64,000 nucleotides of DNA from positions 298,626-362,625 of the forward strand of contig DF236974.1 of NCBI GenBank assembly GCA_000708835.1, written 5' to 3'. The stretch comes from Klebsormidium nitens (lineage: Eukaryota; Plantae; Klebsormidiophyceae). Within the stretch, counting starts at the first letter, position 1, and the number at the start of each line of letters is the position of its first letter. The notes below the pieces were generated by a model that worked only from the letters and a program-made list of their open reading frames with translations, had not been told where the DNA came from and did not search any database. Shown here piece by piece: positions 40,720-51,621 of the stretch. The position numbers and the translations under genes are program-made.

Positions 40720-41848
40720 CGCCTAGCTCAGTTGTTCACGCTGAACTTTAGAAAGTAAAGCGGGGCACCTAACGAGCGGCTCGCAAGTTGTCCGCCGAGA
40801 GCTCGTCAATGTGGGTGGTGCTTCAATTTGAAAACACTTTGCCCTGCCCCTATCATAATCCATCAATCTCAAGTGGCTCTGATTCTACGAATAGGTATCC
40901 CAGATGATAAACCCACAAGGACTGAAAACACCTGCATTAGCCTTACAAGGAGCCTGAAGGCTAAGCAGCAGTGAGGCGCATTCCACGCGTGAATGTCCCT
41001 ACAATTATGATTATACCCGTGCACACTTAGGTACTTGCAGCTAAGCTCGCACCTACGGTACCACTTTTGACGGTTGTACTCGATCAGTCTGCGTGCACTG
41101 TGCAGGCTGAAACACTCACTGTTGCACTGTGCAGAGTCCAGACGTACAGTTCCGGAACTTCTAAGTTAGTCACATGGCCTCACTTGGCGAGTTCCGACGA
41201 TGAGCTGGGGTCACATGGCCGGAAGCTCACATGTGAGTACCGAATCCCAAGTCGACCAATCAGAGCCGCGAACCGCTTTGGGTACCAGCCGCGTAGGTAC
41301 CTACCGCGTGTCTGATCACGCAGCAAACTAGAAACGGCAGATGGAAACAATTTCCGTGTTCGTCTACCCTTGAATTTCGACTGGACGTCGATATTGGCTT
41401 GCTTCCTCTTAGGAACACGACTCAGAGTCAAATGCGTTAGTCGGGGGGGCACCAACTGATCGTTGGCATAAAATGAACGGCTGAGATTCGCCGCAAATAG
41501 TGCCTGCCAGAGCGGACGGTTTTGGCGCGCTAAAGGTCAGAGTACCGGCACTTTGACGTTACTTAGGAAGCTTGTACCGTAGAGGACTTCGCACACGGCA
41601 CCCCCTAGGCGAGACGGGCAGCGAGTCCGGAAACCAGGGGAAGTTTTACTCCGGCCGGGCGACCACATGATATAACTGCTCATAAAACCGCTCGGAAACG
41701 ACCCACGTTGCATGCTTTAAAAACGAAAATAGTAAAAACTACGTGGTATTGCTGAATAGCAGGCGGCAGTCGACCAGTCTAGGGAATACTGTGATCAAGG
41801 CCAGACTGGTTCCGAAAAAGTGAGGTATAAATTCCCACAAAACTTGAA

Positions 41849-42517
41849 TTGGATCTTCATACTTCGAGCCTCTTCTCTAAACTTCAGATCCGAGTGGTAG
41901 CCGGCAACGGCAACCCGAGCCAATGCAATGCACCAGGGACCATGCCATCTCAGCAGAGGGTTCCCCCAGCTCTCAACCTAGGGTTTGATGACCAGAAGAG
42001 TTTGCAGACGGGTCGATACATTGTTGATCCTGCCCTGAGTCTGTTCAGCGAAACGCCTGTAGCTAGCAAGTGCGTGTTATGCAAGCAGCCCCTCCTAATC
42101 AAAAGCGCGCAAGACCCGACACACAAAATCACTTTTCGCAAGTTTCACCAGTCCCTTCTTGGATTTGCCATCTCGTCAGCTGTTAAATGCAAACAGCGCG
42201 CGCAGCCCTTGTGTCTTTCTTGCGTACAACGATGGGTTGGCATTGTTCATCTGACTGAGACGTCAGTTACAGTTCAGGAAGAGCAGGCCACCAGTGAGAC
42301 GTGGTTCAAGCGTGAGTCGCAGAGCACTCCCTGGAAGCAGGTCAAAGAGCTTACAAGCGGTTACATAGAGTACTTGGCGGTGCAGGATCATAGTGAGCAG
42401 GCAGTCAGTTACAGGCAAGGTAGCCAAATCAGCAGCCGAGAGCGCGCTCAACAGGGGAAAAACTGCTGGAGCGGACGTCAAGCGCAAGTTGCATGTAAGT
42501 CCTTGAAAGTGCAGTGA
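41849..42517 (+). CDS. Cys-rich orphan ORF; possibly exon 1 of the KDZ gene
   Basis: 222-codon ORF with CVLC...C...CLSC. A GTAAGT donor at 42495 is phase-compatible with the TTACAG acceptor at 42982. Confidence 0.4.
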   Translation: MDLHTSSLFSKLQIRVVAGNGNPSQCNAPGTMPSQQRVPPALNLGFDDQKSLQTGRYIVDPALSLFSETPVASKCVLCKQPLLIKSAQDPTHKITFRKFHQSLLGFAISSAVKCKQRAQPLCLSCVQRWVGIVHLTETSVTVQEEQATSETWFKRESQSTPWKQVKELTSGYIEYLAVQDHSEQAVSYRQGSQISSRERAQQGKNCWSGRQAQVACKSLKVQ

Positions 42518-42647
42518 GGTTCTGGTTTGGCTTTGACCCCTCTGAAACCTAACGCGCCCTGATGATGATGCTCTCAGTTTTGGATGGCACCCTGGACACC
42601 ACCACCTCTTGTTTTTTCTTTGTTCAGGTTTTATTGGAATGAAAATT

Positions 42648-42764
42648 CCATGATTGAAAGTGAGGTGCCCAAGGTGCCAAGGTGCCACGCTGCAATATAT
42701 TGTGCAGTGCATTTGTGTAGTATATATACTTTACAAGTATAAATAAAAAGGTGCCAGGGGTGTC
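42648..42764 (+). repeat. Left copy of a diverged inverted repeat bracketing the KDZ transposase
   Basis: Aligns by eye to the reverse complement of 48511-48626; shared blocks CCATGA-TTGAAA, GTGCC, TGTGCAGTGCA, TATATAT, CAAGTATA, AGGTGCCAG, GTGTC. Confidence 0.65.
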
Positions 42765-45700
42765 AAGACCCCATCACCTAACCACTGTACAAAAGAGCAA
42801 GCTAAATTGTCAATTGTCCTCCCAAATGCACAAGGATTTCACTGCAATTGACTGATTCAAGAGCTTTTTACACTGTTTTTGTGGCCAGCAAGTACAGTAT
42901 GATCAAAAACTTGCAATGATTGTGCCCTTTGGTCAGAACCTTCTGCGGCTATCTGACTTGTTAGCTTAAGCTTTAATTACAGTGGCTCACTTCAAATCCA
43001 TTTGCCCATCGCAGGAGGACCCTTCCACATCAGGCGCCGAGTCTTCAGACAGCAAGGAGCGCTGCCATGCCAATGGTGCGGCAGTTTCTTCTCTCACGTC
43101 TCAGGCGACGAAGTTCCTCGCGGGCATTCAGAACGGGACGTGCTCGATCTATGAGCTGGGGGGCGGTTCGGAACGAAGAGACGAGGGTTCCCCTCGCCTG
43201 GTCTTCCTCATGACCGTCTGGAACCACAACGATGGCAGGCCAAAGCCGCTTGGACGACCGAACAAAGCCAAAGCCTTGCTCGAAACGGTCCACTGGGACA
43301 CCCTAGGGAAGGCCAGCTGCACCTGCGACCGCGGGCGCCTGGGTTCGGACACTCCATGCGTCCACAAGTTGGCGCTCGCGGCTTTGGGGTCGCGCCAGCA
43401 AGCCAGCCACGTTGCGCTCCAGAAGGGCAGGCGGGTGATCGAGGTTCTATGCAGCAGAGGGGCTGAGCGGGTCTTTGGCGTCTACTGGAATGCAGCTTCC
43501 CCTTCGCCCAAGCGGACGATGGTGCACAAGCATGAGGGCGCGCAAGAGGAGTGGTACTGCCAGGGCAAGCAGTCGGGTTGTAGCACGTCGGGAGATTGCG
43601 ACCACATTTGCGCTGTCAAAGACGCTCTCCGTCCAGGCAGAAGCATCGAGCGAGTGAGCGGTTGCTTGTTCTCTGAGGATCGACTGGCAAGGGCACGTGC
43701 CTGGCTGCTCGAAACGGACAGGAAGGAGGAGAGAAAAGGGGCGCCGGAGTCGAAAGAGGGAGGCTCGGCAGAAGTGTCGTCCGACCTGTCTTCGGTCAAA
43801 CGGTACCTGATGGAACTTTGCGTGGGCCAGCCTCATAAGGCAGGCTGCAAAGGGGCCTCGTGCTTCTGCAAGCAGCACCAGCAGCTCTTCGGAGGGGCAG
43901 ATTTCGAGCGGGGGACTTGCGAGAACGGGTGCTGCCAAGTCGCGACTGACGCGCGCGAGGCCGGGGGGAAGAGAGGAAGACATGAGCCGGGAGGTCGTTG
44001 CTCAGAACGGGTGCCAAAGCGGTCGAAAACGTTCTGGGCAGCTCAGCCAGAGCGGGAAGGTGGGCAGTTGACGGGAACGGGGGCGCTGCAAGCTGAAAAG
44101 GAAGAGGTTGTGCCTGCGCACGCTGCGCCGCAGGCGTTGGGTGGAGGGGACGGAAGGGACGCAATGAACGGCGTAACCAGAGTGTGCGCAAGCTGCGTAT
44201 GCCCGGCTTCGGCTTGCCCCCATGTTGCCGGGAGTCCGCTCTGGGCTCCGGTACTGCCTTTGGACGCGAAAGGTGTGCAGCTCGAGCTCCCAAAGCTGGT
44301 TCGGCCGACTGACAGCTTCGAGGTGCACGATCCGCTGGTGACGTTGCTGCGGCGGCCAGTGAGAGTGAGCGAGCTCGTGCAGAGGGACTTCGAGGAGCTG
44401 AGCGCCGCGGGGTGCTTGTCTGCACCTTGCCCAAAGCCCGGGCTGGCTCCCTGTGGCACCGTGTGGCAAGCGTTGCTGCAGAGTGCATGCGTGCATTCAC
44501 TGCGCTGGTCGCAAGAGGTACGTGATGCAAACTTCTGCCAGATCAAAGTGAAAGGTATTCGTTCTTTTTTGCAGCTTTGAGAATATGCAAGCGCGTTGAA
44601 AAGATGCGAATTCATTGTGACCGATCGGGGAGCTTTGAGAAAGTCTCAATCGAGGTCGGACATGGCCGTTCAGGGCTTGTGAAAATAGTCTCGATTCTGG
44701 TCGGACATCTTGGACGTGCCAGTTCCGAAGTTTGAAACACTTTGCACACTGCTGACGTCATCAAAGCTGGGCGCCCAGAAAGTCTGCCGAAAGCTGATGT
44801 CTAGGTTCTTCAATGACCTGAAGTGCCTTTTCATCGGTCTAGGTTTTCGGAATCATATGCGTATAAAGAGTTGGGAGAACCTAGACGAGGAGGTTGCTGA
44901 CGTCATCAGAAGCAGGCGACCAGAAAGCCTTTCAAAAGCTTGGACAACTTGCTCGAAGTTCGAAAAACTTTGCACGACACTTTGACTCAAACGATACCAA
45001 ACGTTTTTGCAAATTCATGGACTTCGATTTGTGTTTTTAAGCGCGTGCACATTCTTGTAGGTCAAGGTTCGGGTCTATTGCTGCGGATGCCCGTTGAAGC
45101 ACACCGTCCACTTCAACGGAGAAGCGCTTGGCCTGTACGCGTGGAGCAGGGCCATCATCGTCACGCAAGAGTCCTGCCAGCTCCTGCTCCGTTCGATTCA
45201 AGGGACGGGATCAGCGTTCAGCGCTCTGATCGGCGCACAGAAGGCGGTCCGGGGGCTCTTCTCGCCGGGTGCCGCTCCTCTCCTCAGCGAGGAATCATGG
45301 AGAAAGGTCTGCTTGGCCTTCTTCCGGCTGTGTGGGCGAAGCATCCTCGAGTGCTGCAGCCTTTGCGGGCCTCACCCAGACGTTCTGCTCTGCGACGGTA
45401 TCGCCGGGCTAGCGTGCGCGGATGGTAGCAGATCGAAAGGGGGGCTCGCAGGGACGGCGGCAAGCGAACTCCGGCCATTCACAGCTCCGAGCCGGAACGG
45501 ATTCGGAGAGACCGTCGTGAAGCACATGGAAGCCGGTGTGAACTTCAGCGCGACTGCGCTAGAGGGGCGGGGACTCAAGAGGCGCCTGATCCACCAGCCG
45601 GAGCTGCGGGCGATGTTGGCGCGCTACAGCCAGCATCATCCAAAGGACCCAGAACTGGGGTCGCAGCTGAGCGAGAGTGAATTCCACGAGCTGCTGGTAG

Positions 45701-46015
45701 GTGGATTGAATCATGCTTGTGACCAGAAACCCTTCGTAAGGTCTGCTTAAATCGGTTGAAATCAAACGAGATTGATCGGACATGTCTTGAAAAATGTTCA
45801 GACCTTCCAATTTCGGAATGAGCGTTGCGCACGCTATCAGATGCCATCCTGCCACATATAGGCGCAATGACTTGTTCCAATGCTTAGCTGAGGTTCTTCC
45901 AATGGGGCTTGAATGGTTGACGTCGACTTTACAGCGATTGAGCGTTGCGCACACTGCTAGATGCTAGTCTGCTCCGTATCAGAGGTCTGTCTTTGACCAA
46001 AATACCTTTTGATCC

Positions 46016-46522
46016 GTCTAGGTTTTTGGAATGATATGCGTATAAAGAGTTGGGAGAACCTAGACGGCTTTTGGAGTCTTTAGGAACGTGCCAGCAGGGC
46101 CCAGTTGCCACTGTCCGTCGGTTCTGCAAAGAACGCAACAAGGTCTTCGAGTGGGGCTTTGGAATCGGTCTAGCTTTTCGGAATGATATGCGTATAAAGA
46201 GTTGGGAGAACCTAGACGGCTTTTGGAGTCTCTAGGAACGTGCCAGCAGGGCCCAGTTGCCACTGTCCGTCGGTTCTGCAAAGATCGCAACAAGGTCTTC
46301 AAGTGGGGCTTTGAGATCGGTCTAGGTTTTCGGAATGATATGCGTACAAAAAGTTGGGAGAACCTAGACGGCTTTTGCGAGTCTCTAGGGACGTGCCAGC
46401 AGGGCCCAGTTGCCACTGTCCGTCGGTTCTGCAAAGAGCGCAACAAGGTCTTCCAGTGGGGCTTTGGAATCGGTCTAGGTTTTTGGAATGATATCCGTAT
46501 AAACAGTTGGGAGAACCTAGAC
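46016..46522. repeat. Tandem array, 152-153-bp unit x3.3, each unit with a 50-bp hairpin; inside KDZ intron 3
   Basis: GTCTAGGTTTT...GAGAACCTAGAC starts at 46016, 46168, 46320 and 46473; a solo copy lies at 44837-44886 in intron 2. Confidence 0.9.
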
Positions 46523-47916
46523 GAGGGCGCTTGACGTCCGCTTCGTTAGAGGTTTTTGACTTCTTTACTTCTACCTAGGTTGCGCTGGATCGTGATGACG
46601 TGGAGCTCGTCTCGGAGTTTGTCGCCAACCCTGACGATGCGGATGCCGAGCCCGTCTTGCTTCACTGGAGAAGGCGCCTTTTGCAGGAGCAGATCGGGCA
46701 GATCCGATCGAAGAACCGAGCTGCACGGCTGCTATTGAAGGGGATCAGGGGGGAGACCCTTGCTGCGCCTGGCGCCAACCCCGGTCGAGTGCGTTCGCCA
46801 CGAAAATGGTGGGCAGAACTGCTCTACGCTCTGGGGACCCCCCAGTCCGTCGCAGACGACAGTAACCTGATCCAGCATGGAGCGGCATTGGCTGTTGTCC
46901 GGAAGATACTCCTGGGAGGCTCAGCAGATGAGCGGGGAAAGGCCGTGCTGGCTGAGCATGCGCCCATGCTTCGTAGGTTGCTAGATAGCTACGACGGAGT
47001 GTTTCCGGCATTCTTTTTGCCCACGCTCCACCACTTGTACCGGCTGACGCTGTTTGGACGCGGGGCAGTTGGGCTGGGGGTTGGTCGAGCCGGGTGGGCG
47101 CTGTCTGCTATCGAGGGGTTGGATGCCTGCGTTTGGCTGCTGCAGTTGCGACGGGACGTCCCAGGGTCTTGGAACGAGGAGCGAGAGGAGAGCTACAACT
47201 TCTGGAGAGGGAGAGCGAATCGGCTGCTTCCCGGCGTTGAGGCTCTGCGCCCACCAAAACCCCCCGAGTATGCCCTTAACCAAGCCGAGCGCGAGCTGCT
47301 GCACGATCGGCTGGGGTTCTCCGGGGACGGACGGCTCCTCGAAGCGCTCCCCAACGACCACCCTTACTGCCGAGAGCAGAACGTGCTCGGCTGCTATCCC
47401 CTCCCCGGTTGGGAGCAGAAACGGCCCATGCCTCAGTACAAGCCGTTTGAAGATGAGCTTGGTCGGGCAGTCGAGAGCAGCGAGGAGCACCGCTGTAAGA
47501 GCAGTCTCACGGTCGGGGAGTTTGATGCCAAGGTTGCGGCTGCCAAGAGTGAAAAGGCGGGCAAGCGGCTGCAGCGGCATACAAAAGGGGGTTTCGTGTT
47601 CTGTTGCCCGCACAGGGTGATTTACAGCTTTCATGCCATGCTCGGGGGGAGTCTCCTCGTGATCCCTTTGCGGTGTTGTACACCCGCCTCCATCGGCACA
47701 ACCTCCCTTCCTTCCTGTTCTACGACAACGCCTGCAAGCTGCGCGCGTACAGTATGCGGCGTGAGCCTGGGTTTTTTGCAGACATGCGAGCCCTCGTTGA
47801 CCGGTGAGCGTATACACCGCAAACACGTCCATGCTTTGCGAACTGGTCGTTATTTTAGGACAAGATAATCAACATTTCCAGGTAGATTCGGTGTCATTCT
47901 GCCAGCTGCTGTCCGT

Positions 47917-48110
47917 GTCCAAGCTGTCCAAGCTTTTTGCCAGACTTTCTGTGAGCCCGATTGTGATGACGTCAGCAATCGTCCCTTGTCCAAGCTGTCC
48001 AAGCTTTTGCCAGACTTTCTGGGAGCCCGGTTGTGATGACGTCAGCAACCGTCCCTTGTCCAAGCTGTCCAAGCTTTTGCCACACTTTTTGGGAGCCCCA
48101 AGCTGTCCAA
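47917..48110. repeat. Tandem array, 70-71-bp unit x~2.7; inside the last KDZ intron
   Basis: GTCCAAGCTGTCCAAGCTTTT starts at 47917, 47988 and 48058. Confidence 0.9.
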
Positions 48111-48510
48111 TATTGCGCGTACAGGTTCCACTTCCAGAAGACTGGCGCGGAAGCTCACAAGTGCGGCCCTCAGTATAACCCTGACTACTACGACGCTGTG
48201 CGCTGGGTTAACAGTTCAGCGGTGGAGAGCGTCAACTCCTTCTTGATCAAGTTCAAGGTGCTAGGTTGGTTTAGTGGTCTCCAGGCGTTCATGATCATCC
48301 TAGCTAACGTAGTGAGCGGGCGCAACGCAGAATTGACACGTGTTGATGACCAGAAGATTAAGATCGCCTGCAGGATTCATTTATGGTCGCCGGCAGTTCG
48401 CGCAGCTCTCTTGTACAGGTGACAGACTATGTGTTGATGAATAGCTAATGAGCTTCCCGCAAGCGTGTGGGGAGCTATCGTTCATGAGGGGGTGAAGGAA
48501 AAGGAGTTAG

Positions 48511-48626
48511 GACACATACTGGCACCTCTTTCATATACTTGATAATGATATATAAGAGCATGATTGCACTGCACACTCTCAAATCTCTGGCACTACGGAC
48601 ACTTGGCACTTCTTTTCAAGTCATGG
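48511..48626 (-). repeat. Right copy of the diverged inverted repeat
   Basis: Reverse complement aligns to 42648-42764; starts about 90 bp after the KDZ stop. Confidence 0.65.
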
Positions 48627-48697
48627 TGCATCTAGTGATTCGTCAGGAGACCTTCAAGTATCTTCTTTTCATAGGGTAGACAGTAAAGCACGTTGCT

Positions 48698-48985
48698 ATG
48701 GCTGAGTCAATCTTAGACACGAGAGAACCTGCTTCCAACCATCACCGGCGGTTGTATGAAGCAAGCTATCGGCACTCGAATCTGAATAAATATAGAGATT
48801 GGTCTCGTAAGCACTATAGCAAAGCTAAAGTGGAGATATGTTTACGAAAAGCTTATATTCGATATTCCGAAGGCAAGAGGCTTCGACCTTCCACCATGGC
48901 AAAGCTTGTAGTTGCCAAGTATCTGCAAGAAGGCAACTTGCATTCGAGGCCAATGAACGAGATCTGTCAGTGGACTTGTCAATGA
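48698..48985 (+). CDS. Small basic orphan protein, paralogue of the 54182-54682 ORF
   Basis: 95 aa; HYSKAKVEICLRKAYIRYSEGKRLRPSTMAKL; directly upstream of primase-helicase A. Confidence 0.5.
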   Translation: MAESILDTREPASNHHRRLYEASYRHSNLNKYRDWSRKHYSKAKVEICLRKAYIRYSEGKRLRPSTMAKLVVAKYLQEGNLHSRPMNEICQWTCQ

Positions 48986-49139
48986 TGTGCTTCTCCATTG
49001 CATGTTCCATCGAACCGGCCGTTGCTTTTCACGCGTTTGCATGGAGGGCGATTTCTGTCAAGATCAAGATTTCAACGCGTCCGGATTCTGAGAATTATTT
49101 TCCTTAGTACTCATCATAGGGGCCCTGCCCAGCCCTAGA

Positions 49140-51594
49140 ATGCATTCGGACCTCAATGAAAGCATCTCATCGTACCGGAGCCTTGATCTCCTGCCGGTTA
49201 CGTTCAAGCTTACATGGAACAAACTGGATAAGAAGAAAGACGCAAGTACCTTTAGATGCTCATACTCAAGCATCGTGGATGAGATTTCTTGGGGGTTGCA
49301 CGAAGACACAATTCGCAACTGTTCCGACAAGAATGCCCTTGCCCTTCTATGCGGACGATCGGGCCCAAACAGCATTATTATGATTGATATCGACTTGCCC
49401 AAAATGAATGAAAGCAAAACCTTTGCTAATGGTCTTGATGTCTGGAAACGCTTGACAAAAGCGCACGGCGAACCTCTCACCTGGACAGCCGAAACACAGA
49501 GTGGCGGCTTGCACTACTACTTTGAGCGGATTCCCCCGGGCTTGAACGGAAGGCAGACGCAACCAAGCTATACATCAACTCCAGCCAAACGACTATTGAT
49601 TTTCGAGGCAATGGCATATGCTTCGCACCCCCCACTACCATCATTCGTGACGGTGAAGAGCGTTCATACGAATGGCTAAAGTCTCCTTGGAAAACGAAGC
49701 TTGCCTGCCTTCCGTTGTGGCTCGTAGATATCTTGAACGCTCAAGACTCCACAAAGCAAGCTGCCCAGGGATCGACAAAACACCCCAGCAATAATACATC
49801 AAGTGTGAGTAAAGCAGAGGCAAAACATACAATTACCACAGAACTCTCGTCTCAGCAAGCAACCTCTTCCATCGAGGCCGAAAAGGCAATCCAAGTTGCA
49901 ACGCAGCTACTGCGAAGTAGATGCAACGATGAAACAAGTTTCTACAGACTCGGCATCAAGCTTCGAGATGGGGAAGCCATCTTAAAGTTCAGAGTGAAGG
50001 AGAGCAGAATCTGTCCTTATGGAGAGGAACACACGAGCAACAGTTTCAGCATCATCTGCAACGGGATCTGCATGGAATACCGTTGTTTGTCATCAGCATG
50101 CAAAGAGCGACCAAGAGTGCTTCTCGGGGTGCACCATTGGCCTTCGCTTTTGATTTCCAAAGCACGTTTTGATCTGCGCCCTATCGAGGAAGCGGAGAGA
50201 ATCATATCAAGCAGCAAAAGCAGTGTCGACAAAGTGCAGTATCAAAGCATGTGCCAACAACTCACACAGACTGCTATCGACACGATGAATCACTACTTCT
50301 GCGTTCTAGACGGCAGCTCAAAAGTGCTCTTTATCGAGACCATCTTCGTTGAAAGAGGTACTACTTGGGTGTCAAATGACAGCATCATTCGAACAAGAGC
50401 TGAGTTCTTGGAACGGGTCGAATCATTTAACCTGGACAATCTTAAGATTGGCAACCTTGGAAAGGTGTGGTGCAAGTCATCAACGAGAAGGACGCTCAAC
50501 AAGGTAGTCTTCGAAGCAAACTCTCGTCTGGTTTCGCCTAACAATTACAATCTGTTCTACGGCTTTCCCTTCGCTTACGAAGCGGATCAGCCTGTTGACA
50601 TGAAACAAATCGATCTTCTCTTGAAGCATATCAACGAGGTATTGGCAGACAATGATCCTGCTGTAGCGGACTACCTTCTAAACTGGTTAGCTCACCTTGT
50701 TCAGAGACTGTATAAGAAAATTGGTACTGCACTTGTGTTCAGATCTGACCAGGGCGCAGGCAAATCGATCGTGACAGATTTTGTGGGGAAACATGTCATC
50801 GGATCTCGATACTATCTGTGGAGAAGGTGATAGGCAAATTCAACGGAATAGCTGCAAATCTCCTTTTGGTTTGCTTCGATGAAGTAAGCAGTTGGGGTGG
50901 GGCCTACAAAAGTAATAACAGGTTGAAAAGCCTCATCACTCAAGATACAACAATCCTAGAGAAGAAGGGGATCGATCCCCTTCAGGTACCCGATCTTGCT
51001 AACTACTGGTTTAACACTAACGAAGACTGGCCGATCAAAAAAGAGGCAACCGACCGGCGCTACGCATGCTTTGAGGCCTCCGACTCTAGAATCGGAGATC
51101 AACCCTACTTTGATCGGCTTTGTGAAAGCCTCACTAGCACTACAGCTGAACACTTCTACCGGTACTTGATGTCAAGAGAAGGCATCGACACTTGGAACCT
51201 CAAGCAGATCCCAAAAAGCAAGTGGAGCTCTGCTCTCAGGGAGCACTCGATTCCATTCTGGGCAAAGATGATATGCGGGTTGCTGGACAACGGCAACTTT
51301 TCATCAGATTCGAAGACGAAGGTGCTAAGCGCCACCATCTTCCAAACTTATAGATCCTTCGTAGACAATCAAGGTGCAAAAGAAGATCCGCCGCGACAGA
51401 AAGACGTTCTGATTGGTCGGATCAAACGAACACTTGGACTGGATGGTTACAAAGATGTCAGTGGTCGCGGTTTGATCTTTCCAACAAGGAGTGAGCTGGA
51501 GAAACGGCTGCAAGAAATCCGCATGCGAGTCGACGAAGTTCATTGGGACGGATCATGGCCTTCTGACCCAACTTTAGTGATCTCATCGGCTTAA
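49140..51594 (+). pseudogene. Primase-helicase A: Prim-Pol (AEP) + Zn finger + SF3 helicase of NrS-1/DUF5906 type; intronless, two frameshifts
   Basis: IIMIDIDLP..TQSGGLHYYF; after a -1 shift at ~49553, IDFRGNGICFAPP..YEW..LPLWLVDILN; CPYGEEH..EYRCLSSAC; YNLFYGF; Walker A DQGAGKS; after a shift at ~50817, GKFN..LVCFDE, LKSLIT, FNTN, DRRY. Confidence 0.85.
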
Positions 51595-51621
51595 TGTTCT
51601 ACAACTCTGACTCAATACCTA

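Larger units (their letters stand above)
42983..48422 (+). mobile_element. KDZ (Kyakuja-Dileera-Zisupton) transposase with SWIM and CxC zinc fingers; spliced, one -1 frameshift
   Basis: Exons 42983-44517, 45061-45697, 46579-47802, 48126-48422. SWIM-like CTC..PCVHKL; CxC VYCCGCPLKHTVHFNG and CCSLCGPHPDVLLCDG; KDZ core GGFVFCCPH, ESPRD, FYDNAC, REPGFF, VDRFH, NSSAVESVN. A frame change in the G6 run at ~47644-47649 precedes ESPRD. Confidence 0.82.

Noticed and set aside
46016-46522. CRISPR array (palindromic repeats at regular spacing)
   Set aside because: The linkers are near-identical rather than unique spacers, the unit is too long, the context is eukaryotic intron and no cas genes are present.
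47640-47652. Programmed -1 ribosomal frameshift in KDZ
   Set aside because: No canonical X XXY YYZ heptamer is present; a 1-nt deletion or sequencing error is simpler.
43045-47832. Long antisense and alternate-frame ORFs over KDZ, eIF2D and other GC-rich exons (e.g. 46981-47832, 43796-44530, 18978-19481)
   Set aside because: Shadow ORFs explained by the GC-rich codon usage of the real genes.
42630-48650. Target-site duplication around the KDZ inverted repeat
   Set aside because: The flanks (GAAAATT versus TGCATCT) do not match.
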